NCBI RefSeq assembly: GCF_001194135.2
Contig: NC_068987.1
Coordinates: forward strand, 62,708,330-62,758,375
Origin: Octopus bimaculoides
Lineage: Eukaryota
Direction: 5' to 3'
DNA length: 50,046 nucleotides
Numbering within the stretch: the first letter of the stretch is position 1; every line of letters begins with the position of its first letter. Position numbers and translations under genes: made by a program. The notes beneath the pieces are model-generated. The model was not told the DNA's origin. It saw only the letters and a list, made by a program, of their open reading frames with translations, and did not search any database. Of the stretch, positions 11,735 to 23,377 are shown piece after piece.

Positions 11735-11990
11735 GTGGAGGCACGTAGCCTAGTGGTTAGGGTGTCAGCATCATGATCGTAAGATTGTGGTTTCGATTCC
11801 TGGACCGGGTGACACGTTGTGTTCTTGGGCAAAACACTTCGTTTCACGTTGCTCCAGTCCACTCAGCTGGCAAAAATGAGTAACGCTGCGATGGACTGGC
11901 GTCTCGTCCAGCTGGGGAACGCATACGCCATTGAAACCAGGAAACTGGGCCCATGAGCCTGGCTAGGCTTTAAAAGGGCGCATTTATTTA
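11735..11990 (+). mobile_element. CORE-like SINE (family C) inserted in a TA/TG microsatellite
   Basis: tRNA-like head GTGGAGGCACGTAGCCTAGTGGTTAGG...GGTTTCGATTCC, CORE-like GTGTTCTTGGGCAAAACACTT...CTCAGCTGGCAAAAATGAG, then CTGCGATGGACTGGCGTC and an (ATTT)n tail. Confidence 0.85.
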
Positions 11991-11993
11991 TTC

Positions 11994-12112
11994 ATATATG
12001 TATATGTATATATGTGTGTACACATATAAATATATATATATATATTTGAGTATATATGTATGTATATGTGTGTATATATATGTATATATATATATATATG
12101 TATGTATGTATG

Positions 12113-12186
<74 letters not shown>

Positions 12187-12382
12187 TGTGTGTGTGTGTA
12201 TGTATATGTATGTGTTGTAAATGGTAAAGCATAACTGTCACCACTACTACATGAACCTGAAGATTGCATAGTTTAATGCATGAAAGTATTAGTTCAATCA
12301 AAATGAACATTTAATATTCTATCATTTCACCATATTATATTATGTTATGTTATATTATAAGTTTGTAAATAAAACGTGAAAA

Positions 12383-12416
<34 letters not shown>

Positions 12417-12500
12417 CATACATACCTACACACATCCATACATACACACATCCATACATCCAGCCATCCATCCATACATACATACATACATACATACAAC
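11994..12500. repeat. Compound microsatellites (TA)n, (TG)n, (CA)n, (CATA/CATC)n
   Basis: Directly visible simple repeats. Confidence 0.9.
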
Positions 12501-12922
12501 GAACTGCCTCAATCTCTCATAAATAAACCTGTAAAAATTAGGGTTCTCAAGACCTGAAAGAAAAAGGCTGATTAGAAGTCTACAGATTCAAGCCATCAAT
12601 GGAACTGTAAAGATATGTTAAACTTTCCAAAAATTTAGCACATAAATACATATGCATGCATCTAGACATGAAAATATATACATAAAAACGCATCCATAAA
12701 ACAAACATACAAATCTGCGCATACACTAACACCAAATACTGCACACACACACATATGCACAAATACCTAGATGATGTTGATAAAAGTTCCAATGAAGGAG
12801 CCTTGAATCTATGTTAGAGTCCGGCTCTTTCTTTATTGACAAGAAATACAGAAATGAAACTGATTGATAATATANNNNNNNNNNNNNNNNNNNNNNNNNN
12901 NNNNNNNNNNNNNNNNNNNNNN

Positions 12923-13418
12923 GTGGTTGTCTACTCCTTACACAGAGTTTGACCACCTCCTGCACCTACACCTTAGCCCTTTCATGGCGTCTGATGTGGC
13001 TTTTTAAACCAGACAGTGTTTTGAAAAACACCCACACAGATTGCACCTCTGATTTGCACTACCAATACCTGCAAGTAAGTTCTGCTCATTGTGGATCCTA
13101 ACATGTCTTTTAAGACCCCCATTAGATTTGCAAACCCTCTGGCACACACCACATTCAAACGTGTGCACAGACATATAATCAGAATAGCTGGATGAGGTTT
13201 GTTTTCCATGGGTTCGCAGGTGAGATTTGAGGCCAGCCAAGGACAGACATGGTCTGTCACAGACTGTGCACACAAAAAGGTCCTTGTCATTCACCTTTTC
13301 GATCTTTAAATTTTTCCTTAAATATCTCTTGAGCCCTGCTTGTTGCATCATCCTGGCCTCTTCAAATGCTTTCACTCCACTCCACACCCTTGTTCGCCAT
13401 GCAACTCGATCTGAAGTG
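12923..13418 (-). mobile_element. 3' end of an RTE-clade LINE with three C-terminal C2H2 fingers
   Basis: TSDRVAWRTRVWSGVKAFEEAR (RTE C-terminal signature), then CTVCDRPCLSLAGLKSHLRTH, CGVCQRVCKSNGGLKRHVRIH and, after a 1-nt frameshift, CNLCGCF.KTLSGLKSHIRRH; stop, short 3' UTR ending GACAACCAC at a gap. Confidence 0.8.
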
Positions 13419-13427
13419 ATACATACA

Positions 13428-13456
<29 letters not shown>
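13419..13456. repeat. (ATAC)n microsatellite
   Basis: Direct repeat separating two different LINE fragments. Confidence 0.9.
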
Positions 13457-13459
<3 letters not shown>

Positions 13460-13690
13460 GTCTACGAATCTCCAAGCAAGTATCTGTCTTGACTGTACCA
13501 AATATTCTCACCTGAACCAGCAAGAGGTTTATAGCTCTTGATATACCACCCTAAACTATTTTCTGAGCATATACAAATTTCACAGTTGATTAGCCCTTGC
13601 TCTCCTTTAAGCCTGGTTAGACACTGCCTGTTAATATCGTTCTGAGGGTGTAAGGCTCCGTGCATTAATGAATAGCTTTCTGGATTTTGG
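13460..13690 (-). mobile_element. R4/Dong/Rex6-like LINE fragment (post-RT region)
   Basis: SRKLFI-MHGALHPQNDINR..LTR..GEQGLINCEICI.SENSLGWYIK matches the MHGALHPKSDVDRLY..RK.GGRGL segment typical of R4-clade ORFs. Confidence 0.65.
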
Positions 13691-13772
13691 GGATTGTCTC
13701 TGTAACTCCTCTTTCCTCTAATTTAAATTTTATAATACCTGCACCATACTGCAATAATGCAATCGCCCACGT

Positions 13773-13977
13773 ATTGGCAGAATCGGTAGTATGCCGGACA
13801 AAATGCTTAGCGGCATTTCATCTGTTTTTATGTTCTGAGTTCAAGTTCAGCTGGGGTCGACTTTGCCCTTTATCTTTTCGGGGTCGATAAAATGAGTACC
13901 AGTTGAACACTGAGGTCGATGTAATCGACTAACCCCTTCCCTAAAATTTCAGGTCTTGTGCCTATAGTAGAAAGGAT

Positions 13978-14022
<45 letters not shown>
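13773..14022 (+). mobile_element. SINE family D with an expanded (TAG)n tail
   Basis: TGGCAGAATCGGTAG...CTGAGTTCAAGTTC...GGGGTCGACTTTGCC...CTTGTGCCTATAGTAGAAAGGAT followed by (TAG)n. Confidence 0.85.
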
Positions 14023-14023
<1 letters not shown>

Positions 14024-14585
14024 TTGGTGCAGAATAGTTCGGATGCTTAAAAATTTTGCTGCGATAGTTCTCAATGTTTGTCAAATGCAACGGGAAAAAT
14101 TAATTTTTATATCAGATGTTATTTCAAGCGGAAACAATTAAAGAACATGTTGGAATATCTAAACGATATAAGAGTTAGACAACAAGATGGTGTTTTTTGG
14201 GGGTATTTTCTATTTTACGGCAAAAATTGCTCCTTCTTTTTCCGGATCTGCCCACAATAGAAATGACAATGAACAAAGCAAATAGCTATCAAACAAAAAA
14301 GAAAATTACAAACAAAATATTAATGAACACACAAGCAAATGACGGAAAACGAAAAATACAATGACATTTCTACAAAAGAAAAGCAACTGGAAGATACCTA
14401 GATATGTTAAGTTTCCAAAGTTCTGTTTAAAATAGTTAACAGTGATACATGAGGTGTGCTAGCGGAGAAGTTTAAATAGATACTGATGCAGCCAATGGCA
14501 GTACCTGACTTGCTCAGTGAAGAGAAAAGCATATTTTGTTTTCCAAGACTAAAAGAAACAACAAACCCTAGCAACTAAATACCTA

Positions 14586-15471
14586 TACGAAGGGGTACCC
14601 AAAAGAAACCAGAATTTCGCAATTTTATTTTATTCACTTAGTTTTACATGTTTACACTTTTATCGCCTTCAAAGTATTCTCCATTTGAAGCAATGCATCG
14701 ATCCAGACGCGTTTTCCATAGCTCGAAGCAATACTGGAACTCTTGCGAAGTGATGCCTTTTCCGTCGTTTTTTTTTTGTTGTTTTTTTCGTCATCTCTTT
14801 CACATCTGCAAATTCCGTAGCACTAGTGATGACCTTCGGAAAAAAGTCCGGATCAACTTCTATTCTTTCACTTCACGGCACGCATTCAGTCATGACTGCT
14901 TTTGATCTTCCGTGAGCAAGCGAGGCACAAATTTTGCCTGCAACTCTTTTCATTCGCAATTCCTCGCTCAATTCCAGGATATACTAGTCATATCAACAAG
15001 TTCGTCAATTGTTCGGTGACGGTCCTCCAAGATCAGTTCATGAGTTTTCATTCGTTCAAGAGGTCGACGGCTACTCTTCAAGAGACAAGTCTTCAAGCAC
15101 GAGGTTAGTCTTCAAGCGACAAGTGGCCATTCCTAAAGTGTGAAAACTACTCGTAAATTTGTGTTTAACTCATGGCAGTGGTCTTTGTAAGCTGTTTGAA
15201 GCATGACAATAGTTTCGGCCACTGTTTTCCCCAGCAGAAAACAGAATTTCACGGAAGCACGCTCTTACTTCGATTCAGCCATTACAAAAATCGACGAGAA
15301 GCACTGCAAAAGAAAGACGCAGCACGCGGCAGTATGATCCCACTGTACAACGTCGGCCGGCAGACTGATGCCTGAGTGTCGCATCAAGTGGCTTCTAGCG
15401 GCGGAAGCCCGAACTACAACGGGCTTGTCTCACAGAGAACGTTTACGGTTACTTTTGGGTAACCCCTCGTA
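14586..15471 (-). mobile_element. Internally deleted mariner element with both TIRs
   Basis: TA-flanked TIRs TACGAAGGGGTACCCAAAAGAAACC and CGGTTACTTTTGGGTAACCCCTCGTA; minus-strand ERASVKFCFLLGKTVAET and FVPRLLTEDQK; the DDD core is missing. Confidence 0.88.
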
Positions 15472-15549
15472 ATCTTCTTTACTAGAACCTAAACTGCAAT
15501 AATATAGCTGGGTGTAAATAAACACCTGTAAAAATATAAGTTGTTTCTA

Positions 15550-16955
15550 GAAGAGAATAAGAGGGTGCTGCGAAGACTCATATTACTGCCGGGCTTAATT
15601 AATGATCGATAATGCCATAACTAAAACTGCAGAAAGAGAAAGTGGTGTCTATACATGGCATGGATTGACTACCAGAAGGCTCTTAAGGGTATTCCCAACA
15701 CGTGAATCGGGGATAAGTACCAGTTATTGACGCTTTTTATTGACGTGTTAAACAGAACTGGAGAAGAATACAAATGCTATGCTAATGCAATTGACCGTCT
15801 TTTCTGAATGGATAACATCAAGTTCTTCACTGCAAATGATAAAGAACTGGAAACACAAACAGCACGTAGATTTACCAGAGGAAATTATGCAAGATTCAGA
15901 TTAGAAAAATGCACCAAAGCAACCTTGAAGAGAGGAAAATGAATTAAATGCACTAATCGCATGTTAGATAAAGAAACTGAGATAAGAGAATTAGAGCAAA
16001 TACAGTCGTATAAATAGTCAGAAATCAATGAATTACAGTGTAATGAATTACACAAATGATTAGGAAGGAATGTTATAGATGCATTAGATTAATAATTAAA
16101 ACATAGTTAAATTCTTTAAAAAAAAAGGCAATAAGAACCAATACTCTAGCTGTCACAGTAATAAGTTAGAGTTATATTTTCAATCAAATGCTAAACGAAC
16201 TGACAAGACGAGACAGAAAATCAATAAAATAATGACCGCATTTTTAATACACCATGTGAAATTCGATATAGAAAGATTGTATTTCCCACGAATACAGGGT
16301 GATAGGGACCTTATGCAACTAGAAATCTAATATAAAATATCCACTGTAGGACTTTAAAAATATCTATAAAGAAACATGGAAAATAAAACATCATTAAAGC
16401 AAAAAAAAAAGCTGTTTTTGGTCTTGAAGGAAATCAACAAACTCAGAATAGTCATGAAGAAAAAAGGTGAATCAACAGCAAAACTTATGAAAAGGATAAA
16501 ATCTAAGCTAAAAGCATGGCTACAGAATGCCATGAAAGAACAATGGCAAAAAAAGTCCCTACATGGCCAATGCCTCAAAAGAAAAATGAAGAGTGGAAGT
16601 AGACAAGGAAAAGTCGCAGCACTGGCTGAAGAATTTTGGGCTGAAAAGTTTTTGACTGCGGCACAAAATAAAAGTCTCATCACAAGAAACCACCAAAAGC
16701 AGTTAAAGAAGAATACAGTTACTGCAAAATATATGGAGACAAGGAAGACATAATTGACCATATTGTCTCTGGCTATCCAGTCTTAGCCGAGAAAGAGTAC
16801 TTCCACAAGACATGGTAGATTTGGAGCCTACATACACTAGAAGTTACACCAGTGCGACGAAAATCAAACGCAGAAAAATATTTATAGGTACCTGAAAAGT
16901 CTCCAGGGATGACAAAGTGAATACTCAATAATATACCAATACACACAGACAGAAA
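15550..16955 (+). mobile_element. R4-clade (RLE-type) non-LTR retrotransposon fragment: RT, thumb and CCHC knuckle
   Basis: MAWIDYQKA (15655), MDNIKFF (decayed YMDD, 15808), FRLEKCTKATLKRGK, DIERLYFPRIQG, LHGQ, CKI.GDKEDIIDHIVSG.PVLAEKEY (16723-16800) and IPIHTDRK; frameshifts and stops throughout. Confidence 0.85.
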
Positions 16956-17520
16956 GTGACCATTTACGCTCCAGCAGGAGCAAGCAGGCAGGATGTCTTT
17001 AGACGCCAAGAGACATTCACAAGAACATCTCACTCGTTAGTGTTGGTGGGTGATTAGAATGACATTTTGGATGTACTCAGGGACTGTGTGAAGTAGCCAT
17101 TAGGAGAAGGAAGTGCAAAAGCCTCGCAAATTGTCTAAAACACTTCCAGCTATTTGACAGGTTTTGCGTTGATTTTGTAAATGTGCCATGTGGAGTTGGA
17201 CAAATCGTACCGTGTCATCAAGATCATATTTATGTTAGTCCAGGTCGTATTTAGAGTCATTTAGATCGTATTTGAATCAGCACAAACTGATTAGATTTCC
17301 ATTTTAGTTGAACAGAGTTTCGGATAGCTGGCAACACGGAACACATTCATGATGTCTACGCTCAACTTAGGCCAAACCAATCGAAAGAGAAATATGGTTG
17401 TTGGAAAATGAACACGTCCTGTCTGATACGGAAAAATTTCAAGAGAATTGTAAAAGAACTAGTTAAACAGAAACAGCGGGAGTCACCATATAGAGGTGAT
17501 GGGTCATGCTAAATAGAAAA
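16956..17520 (+). mobile_element. Tx1/L1-like LINE fragment: APE endonuclease and linker
   Basis: VTIYAP, HSLVLVGD*N (GDWN), WSWTN, HLDRI, NTEH (SDH-like) and YGCWKMNTSCL (GYWKLN-like). Confidence 0.7.
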
Positions 17521-17649
17521 TTTGTGTAGCATTGATTATATTTGACAAGGAAATCGCTTCAGAAAATAGGACGTTGTTTCCTTTATTAATTATATTTGCA
17601 TATTTGAGGTATTTAGGAATGACTGTTTTCTGATTAACGATGCCAAATA

Positions 17650-19520
17650 TTCTGGTTATATTAGCCCTTGTTTATAGTCGGAGTCTTTTTAAACACACTA
17701 ATACAAACGAAGATGTAAGTTCCATTTTCACTGATCTCAGTTAACATGTCAATAAATTTGACTCTACAAAGAGTATACTCTACTATTATCCGTAAATGTT
17801 TCCCGCTGAAAAACATGACAATTCACACGTCAAATCAAACATGCAAGCATGATTAATAAATTTGTCTCTACTATTTTTATAGCTTCCCATTATCAGTAAA
17901 TGTTTTTCTATTTGTCGACTTTTAAAGTGAAACCCTTCTCTACGTGTACTGAAAGAAACGAAAATGCAACCTACAAAGTTCTCTACTAACTGACAAACAT
18001 CCCAATTCTCACCCAACTCAAATACACAGATATGATAATGAAATTTAACACTAGTAATGCTATATAGTTACACCATCACTAACTGCCTTTTGCTTCCTGT
18101 ATATTGATTAATGACACCAAATGTTATATCTATATAAGCTACCAATTAAGTCGAGGATTTTACATATAACAATGCATACAAAAATATAACAACCAATCCA
18201 GTTTCTATGCTTACTCAAAAACGCCTCGATTTCCAGTCGAACCAAACATGCTAATATCACTGTTAGGTTTGACGCAACTAATAATATGTATGTTAATATA
18301 GTCCTATTAACACTTAATGTAGTTTTTCCTTTGAATTGATTGATAACACCACATTTGCTACCATTTAATGTCAAGCTCTTTTATATATAAATTGATACAA
18401 ATGAAAACGCAACTTACTCGATTTTCATCCTTTGTAAAAAAAATTCTTTATTACCAATCAACTCAACCATGCAAAAATATTTAATAAATTTAGTCCTACT
18501 GACAGTAGAGAGTTATAACATCAGTTGTTGTTTTTCTATAATTCTATAATTTGATTTGCAACACTAAACTCTGTATTTGTATTGAAACGAATGAAAATGC
18601 AACGTATCCAATTTCCCTTCTCACTAAAAAACTTACAAATTCCCAGTCTGCCCAAGCATGCAAACATGATTAATAAATTTGACTATGAGTAGCCTCACAT
18701 CATTAAATGATTTTTCTGTGTTCTATAAATTGTTTAATGACTCCAAATACATTTACTATCATTCATTATTGAGCTCTTTTACATATCAACTGACACAAAC
18801 GAAAATGTCACCTACGCAAGTTCCATTCTTACTGAAATATATCCCAATTCCTAATCAACTCCAGCATGCAAATACATTTAATAAATCTGACACTAAACAA
18901 GAAAAGAGTCCTGTTCTTTATGTAATATGACTGACAACATTAAGTCTACATTTGTATTAACTCCCTTTTAAAGTGGAGTTCTTCTCAAGACAGACTAAAA
19001 CGAACGAAAAGGCAATGCGTCCGGTTTCCGATCTCACTTAAAACATTCAAATTTCCAATCAACCTAAGCATGCAAACATGATTAATAAATTAGATTATTA
19101 TTAGTCTAAAGCCCTACTAGCAGTAAATCATGTTGCTGATTCTATATATTGTATAACGACACCAAATACATCACTTACATTGATTCCTTCTTGTAGGGGA
19201 AGTTTTCTTTAAATGTATTGATACTATGGAAAATTTAACCTGCACAAATTCCATTCTCACTGGAAAACACTTAAAATCTCAGTCAACTTAAGCATGCAAA
19301 CATGTTCATAAATTTGGCTCGCCATTAGTGAATATTTTTGTTACTTTCTATATGAATTAAATCACACCAAATACTATTACTTTTACATTGGTTGACCTCT
19401 TCCATATATGTATTAATTCAAACGAAAATGCACTCTTCCTAAGTCCCATTCTCACTGCACAATATCTCGATTCCTAATAAACACAAACACGCAAACATAA
19501 TTAACTAATCTGATTCCATT
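17650..19520. repeat. Old diverged tandem array, ~205-bp unit, ~9 copies
   Basis: Recurring blocks ACGAAAATGCAAC, TTCCATTCTCACT, AAGCATGCAAACATGATTAATAAATT and ACACCAAAT at ~190-225-bp intervals. Confidence 0.75.
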
Positions 19521-19574
19521 GATACGACAAACGTCTAACTTCAGTAAACGAGATGGAAGTTTATATAGAAACGG

Positions 19575-19675
19575 ACGAGATAGAAATAGAAAATAGAAAG
19601 TAGAGATAGAAATAGAAAATAGAAAGTAGAGATAGAAATAGAAAATAGAAAGTAGAGATAGAAATAGAAAATAGA
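19575..19675. repeat. 26-bp minisatellite (GAGATAGAAATAGAAAATAGAAAGTA) x3+ within a purine-rich tract
   Basis: Exact tandem copies visible. Confidence 0.85.
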
Positions 19676-20247
19676 GAAGTGGATGAAGTAATAGAAAATT
19701 AATGAGGGTGATGGAAGAAGAAATATGAATAACACACTGAAATAGAATAGAGATGGGAGAAGAGAACGTAATAGAAATAGGAGAGGACGAGATGGAAACA
19801 GAAGAGGAAAAAGGGAAGAAAGAAGAAACACATTGAATAAAAAGATATAAGAATAGAAATTGAAGTAGAAAGAGAGGTAGAAGGGACAGAAATAGGCGAA
19901 ATAGAATCAGGACAAAACATTAGAAAGAAGATAAATAGACATAGAAGGGAAATAGCAATTGACGATGATCATGATCGTGACCATGATAATGATGAGGTGG
20001 TGGTGGTGGTGGTGGTGGTTAGGAGAAGGGGAACAGGACAAGAAGGAAGAGGAGGAGAAGCGGGAAGGGAAGAGGACAAGAAGGCAGAGGAAGAGGAATG
20101 AAAGGATTAGCAGTGGTTGTATAGACGCTGACGATTTGGGACGGTTGAGTGAACATTCGACCTGTTTTGGCGACAGTATATTTTTGGCACTGGAGGCAAA
20201 CACACATACACACACACACACAAATGCATGCGCGCAGAAATATATAC

Positions 20248-20315
<68 letters not shown>
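20248..20315. repeat. (GATA)n microsatellite
   Basis: Direct repeat. Confidence 0.95.
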
Positions 20316-20316
<1 letters not shown>

Positions 20317-22452
20317 CAGACACACATAATTTATTAATTAAACAAGGTTGACATTAGCACTTACCCCTTGCCTCCTACACATAAACAGAGAAGCGAAGAG
20401 GACAAGAGAACTATTAAAACGTCTAATATCAAATAAATCAATGTCGACCCAATGAGGTGACGCCAGTGAGGCGACGCCAAAACTGCTGTGTAAAACAGTT
20501 ATGCCAAAACATCTTATACCCTATTTCCTATGTTTATGACGTTCACTACAGGATATACTTATAGTAAAGTGGAGTTGTGGTAAGTAGTCACCCACATCAA
20601 TCTAGTATTCAGAATTAAATTACTCGGGCCTAATACTACGTGTATAAACATTAAAAATGACGGTAGGTGTATATCGTAGCATAAAGGGCGGGGGGCGATA
20701 GTTTAAAATGTTGGAGAAGTACTGATTTGTTTCTTTTCCTTCAATTACTATATCATCAGCCATGTTTATTGCTTTATCTAATTCTGGGTTTTGGGGGTGA
20801 TTTTTTAGATCATATTTCACATACTGCTATTTTGTCTTCTTTTACCTTTTCTTGTAATTCTTTTGCTTTTATCCTTGTACTTCGTCAGCTTCCAAATTTT
20901 CTCTATTTCCATTTCTTTATTTTTATTTGCAATTTTTTTACTTCTATCAATTTTAGTTCAGTTTCAATTCAATTTTTTTCTTCTTTTTATTTTTCTCTTT
21001 CAATTCCTTCCATTTATCTTCTTGTTTCTTTCCTCCGATTTCTACTTTTTGTGCTTTTTTTTTAAACTTCAGTTTCTTCAGAAGAAATAAATCTCATGCA
21101 AGACGAAGAAGAGCTGAAAATTTAAGAATTAGAATAAATAGAACCGAAGAATCAGAAATACAAAAACATGAGATAGAAATATAGTAAAGAGAGATATAAT
21201 TAGAAACAACCTTTCTATCTTCGTATTTCTTTTTCCATAACTTCTTTCTCACTTCTATTTCTATTTTCATTCAGTATAGTTCTATTTTTCTTAGTAATTC
21301 TATTCTACTTCGTCTATATTTGTAGACTCTATTTTTATTTTATCCATTTTAAATTATTTTATCCATTTTAAATTATTTCTGTAATCTTGCTTATTTCTCA
21401 CTCCACTACTTAGAATTCTATTTCTTCTTCATCCATATCAATATCATCTATCTGGATGTTTGTTTCTTTCTGTAACGATAAGGTTAAATTAACAATGATG
21501 ATAGATTTTAAAGGAAAACAAGAGTTTGGGGAGGGGGCGTGGGGTCAGAATATCATCTGCTTTATTGATGCAAGTTGAAAATAGAATACGACGGTTACAA
21601 GAAAAGAAAGCAATGTCGGAAAATGAGACTAACGCTGTGGTATGATTCTGTGCTCGTCTTAATAATTTAACTGAACAGCTTGTGTGATTGTGTGTAGATG
21701 AGAAAGAGTTCGAAAGAATGAATGTGTGTGTCCCCTGCCAGTTATAGACTGGTAGCAGTTTAGTCCATTCACATCGTCCGATTGTCAACAGCGTCTGATG
21801 TGATGCATGACTGCGTTTGTTTCCATCTAGTCCATCAGTCACAGTCCTAGACTGAATTTGCGTGACTGAGTGTCCATATATCTCTCTTTTGTTCTTTCCT
21901 TTATATAAACTCAGCTAAATCAAAGCTTGACTGACTTACAATCAGCAACTTTTGATTCATTAATGATTCTGTTGATGTCAGTCAACAAAAACATGAGTTT
22001 ATCTGTAGTTGTTGGGAGTCAATTGGTTGTTGTAGCTTTTTGGTCATTACGATGTCACTCAGTTTTAAAAATTCAGTTTGTGCTTACGAAAATCTTCCAT
22101 TTGTAAAGACAACAGACAATAGGCTGAAATTCTATTTCGATTTCTTCCATTACTATATCGTCTACTGTCTCTGTTCCTTCATGTTTTCTTTTTTCTGATT
22201 CTCTTGTGTCATCTTCTCTTTCTTTATTTGTATTTTGTTAATGTCCCAAGTTCGATCCAGCTGCGTCGCATCTTGGATAAATGTCGACCCGAGTTGATCC
22301 ATACCTCCTGTGTCGAATTAGGTTGACAGACTCTGTTCCTTGGGTTTCTTTTTTAAATTCTTCATCTTGTATTTGTTTCCTCTGTTTTTCGTTCATCTGT
22401 TTCTATTTTAATGTTTTCTATTCATTTCTATTTTTCTATATTTTATTAGCTA

Positions 22453-22619
22453 GGCGCATGAGTGGCTGTGTGGTAAGTAGCTTGCCTACCAACCACACGG
22501 TTCCGGGTCCATTCCCACTGCGTGGCACCTTGGGCAAGTGTCTTCTACTATAGCCTCGGGCCGACCAAAGCCTTGTGAGTGGATTTGGTAGACGGAAACT
22601 GAAAGAAGCCCGTCGTATA
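22453..22619 (+). mobile_element. SINE family A, 5' half, running into a gap
   Basis: GGCGCATGAGTGGCTGTGTGGTAAGTAGCTTGCC...GAAACTGAAAGAAGCCCGTCG. Confidence 0.88.
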
Positions 22620-22930
22620 NNNNNNNNNNNNNNNNNNNNNNNNNNNNNNNNNNNNNNNNNNNNNNNNNNNNNNNNNNNNNNNNNNNNNNNNNNNNNNNNN
22701 NNNNNNNNNNNNNNNNNNNNNNNNNNNNNNNNNNNNNNNNNNNNNNNNNNNNNNNNNNNNNNNNNNNNNNNNNNNNNNNNNNNNNNNNNNNNNNNNNNNN
22801 NNNNNNNNNNNNNNNNNNNNNNNNNNNNNNNNNNNNNNNNNNNNNNNNNNNNNNNNNNNNNNNNNNNNNNNNNNNNNNNNNNNNNNNNNNNNNNNNNNNN
22901 NNNNNNNNNNNNNNNNNNNNNNNNNNNNNN

Positions 22931-23377
22931 TTTATTTCTGCTTCTTTTATTTATTTTATTTATGTGTTTCAGCCAAGTGGCTGCGGTCACATTTCTTTTA
23001 TCTTTTCCTTTCTCATTTTTCAGTTCTACATATTTCTATTCCTATTTCTTTCTTTTTTCTTTTTTTTATCCTTCTTCTAACCCAATTTCTTCTTATCCCT
23101 GTTTCTTCAATTATTTTTTCTTCCTTTTTTATATGCTTTTTCTTGTTTTCTACTTTTTTGTTCTTTGTTTCTCCTTTTTCTATTTTCATTCCTTCTTTTT
23201 CTACTTTTTCTGTTTCTTCTTTTTCCTCCTTCCCCATTTTTCTGTTCTTTTTTTTCTTTTTATCCTATTTCTTTTCATTTTTCTCCCATTGTTATTTTTT
23301 CCAACATCTATTTTCCTTTTATTCTTTTTTCTTCCTTTTCTAGTTTTCAATATTTCTTCTTTTTGCTTTTTATTTTT
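22931..23377. repeat. Pyrimidine-rich (T/C) low-complexity tract
   Basis: Near-exclusive T/C with sparse A; similar tracts at 20860-21060 and 24810-25210. Confidence 0.8.

Noticed and set aside
13004-13501. 165-aa ORF with C2H2 fingers as a second host ZNF gene
   Set aside because: The start is derived from microsatellite, it carries RTE C-terminal motifs, lacks TGEKP linkers and has a frameshifted third finger; treated as a LINE.
16376-16753. 125-aa lysine-rich ORF
   Set aside because: Part of the R4-like LINE relic.
17650-19520. CRISPR-like or protein-coding repeat array
   Set aside because: Eukaryotic context, no invariant repeat with unique spacers, no cas genes, and stops in all frames.
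20110-20520. MITE with TTTTGGC/GCCAAAA inverted motifs around the (GATA)n tract
   Set aside because: Inverted matches are short and scattered, and no clear TIR or TSD could be defined.
20540-20820. Second Penelope ORF fragment (ELDKAINMA...)
   Set aside because: Resemblance too weak to separate from chance.
21480-21860. 117-aa minus-strand ORF or Tc1 fragment
   Set aside because: No recognisable domain motifs in any frame.
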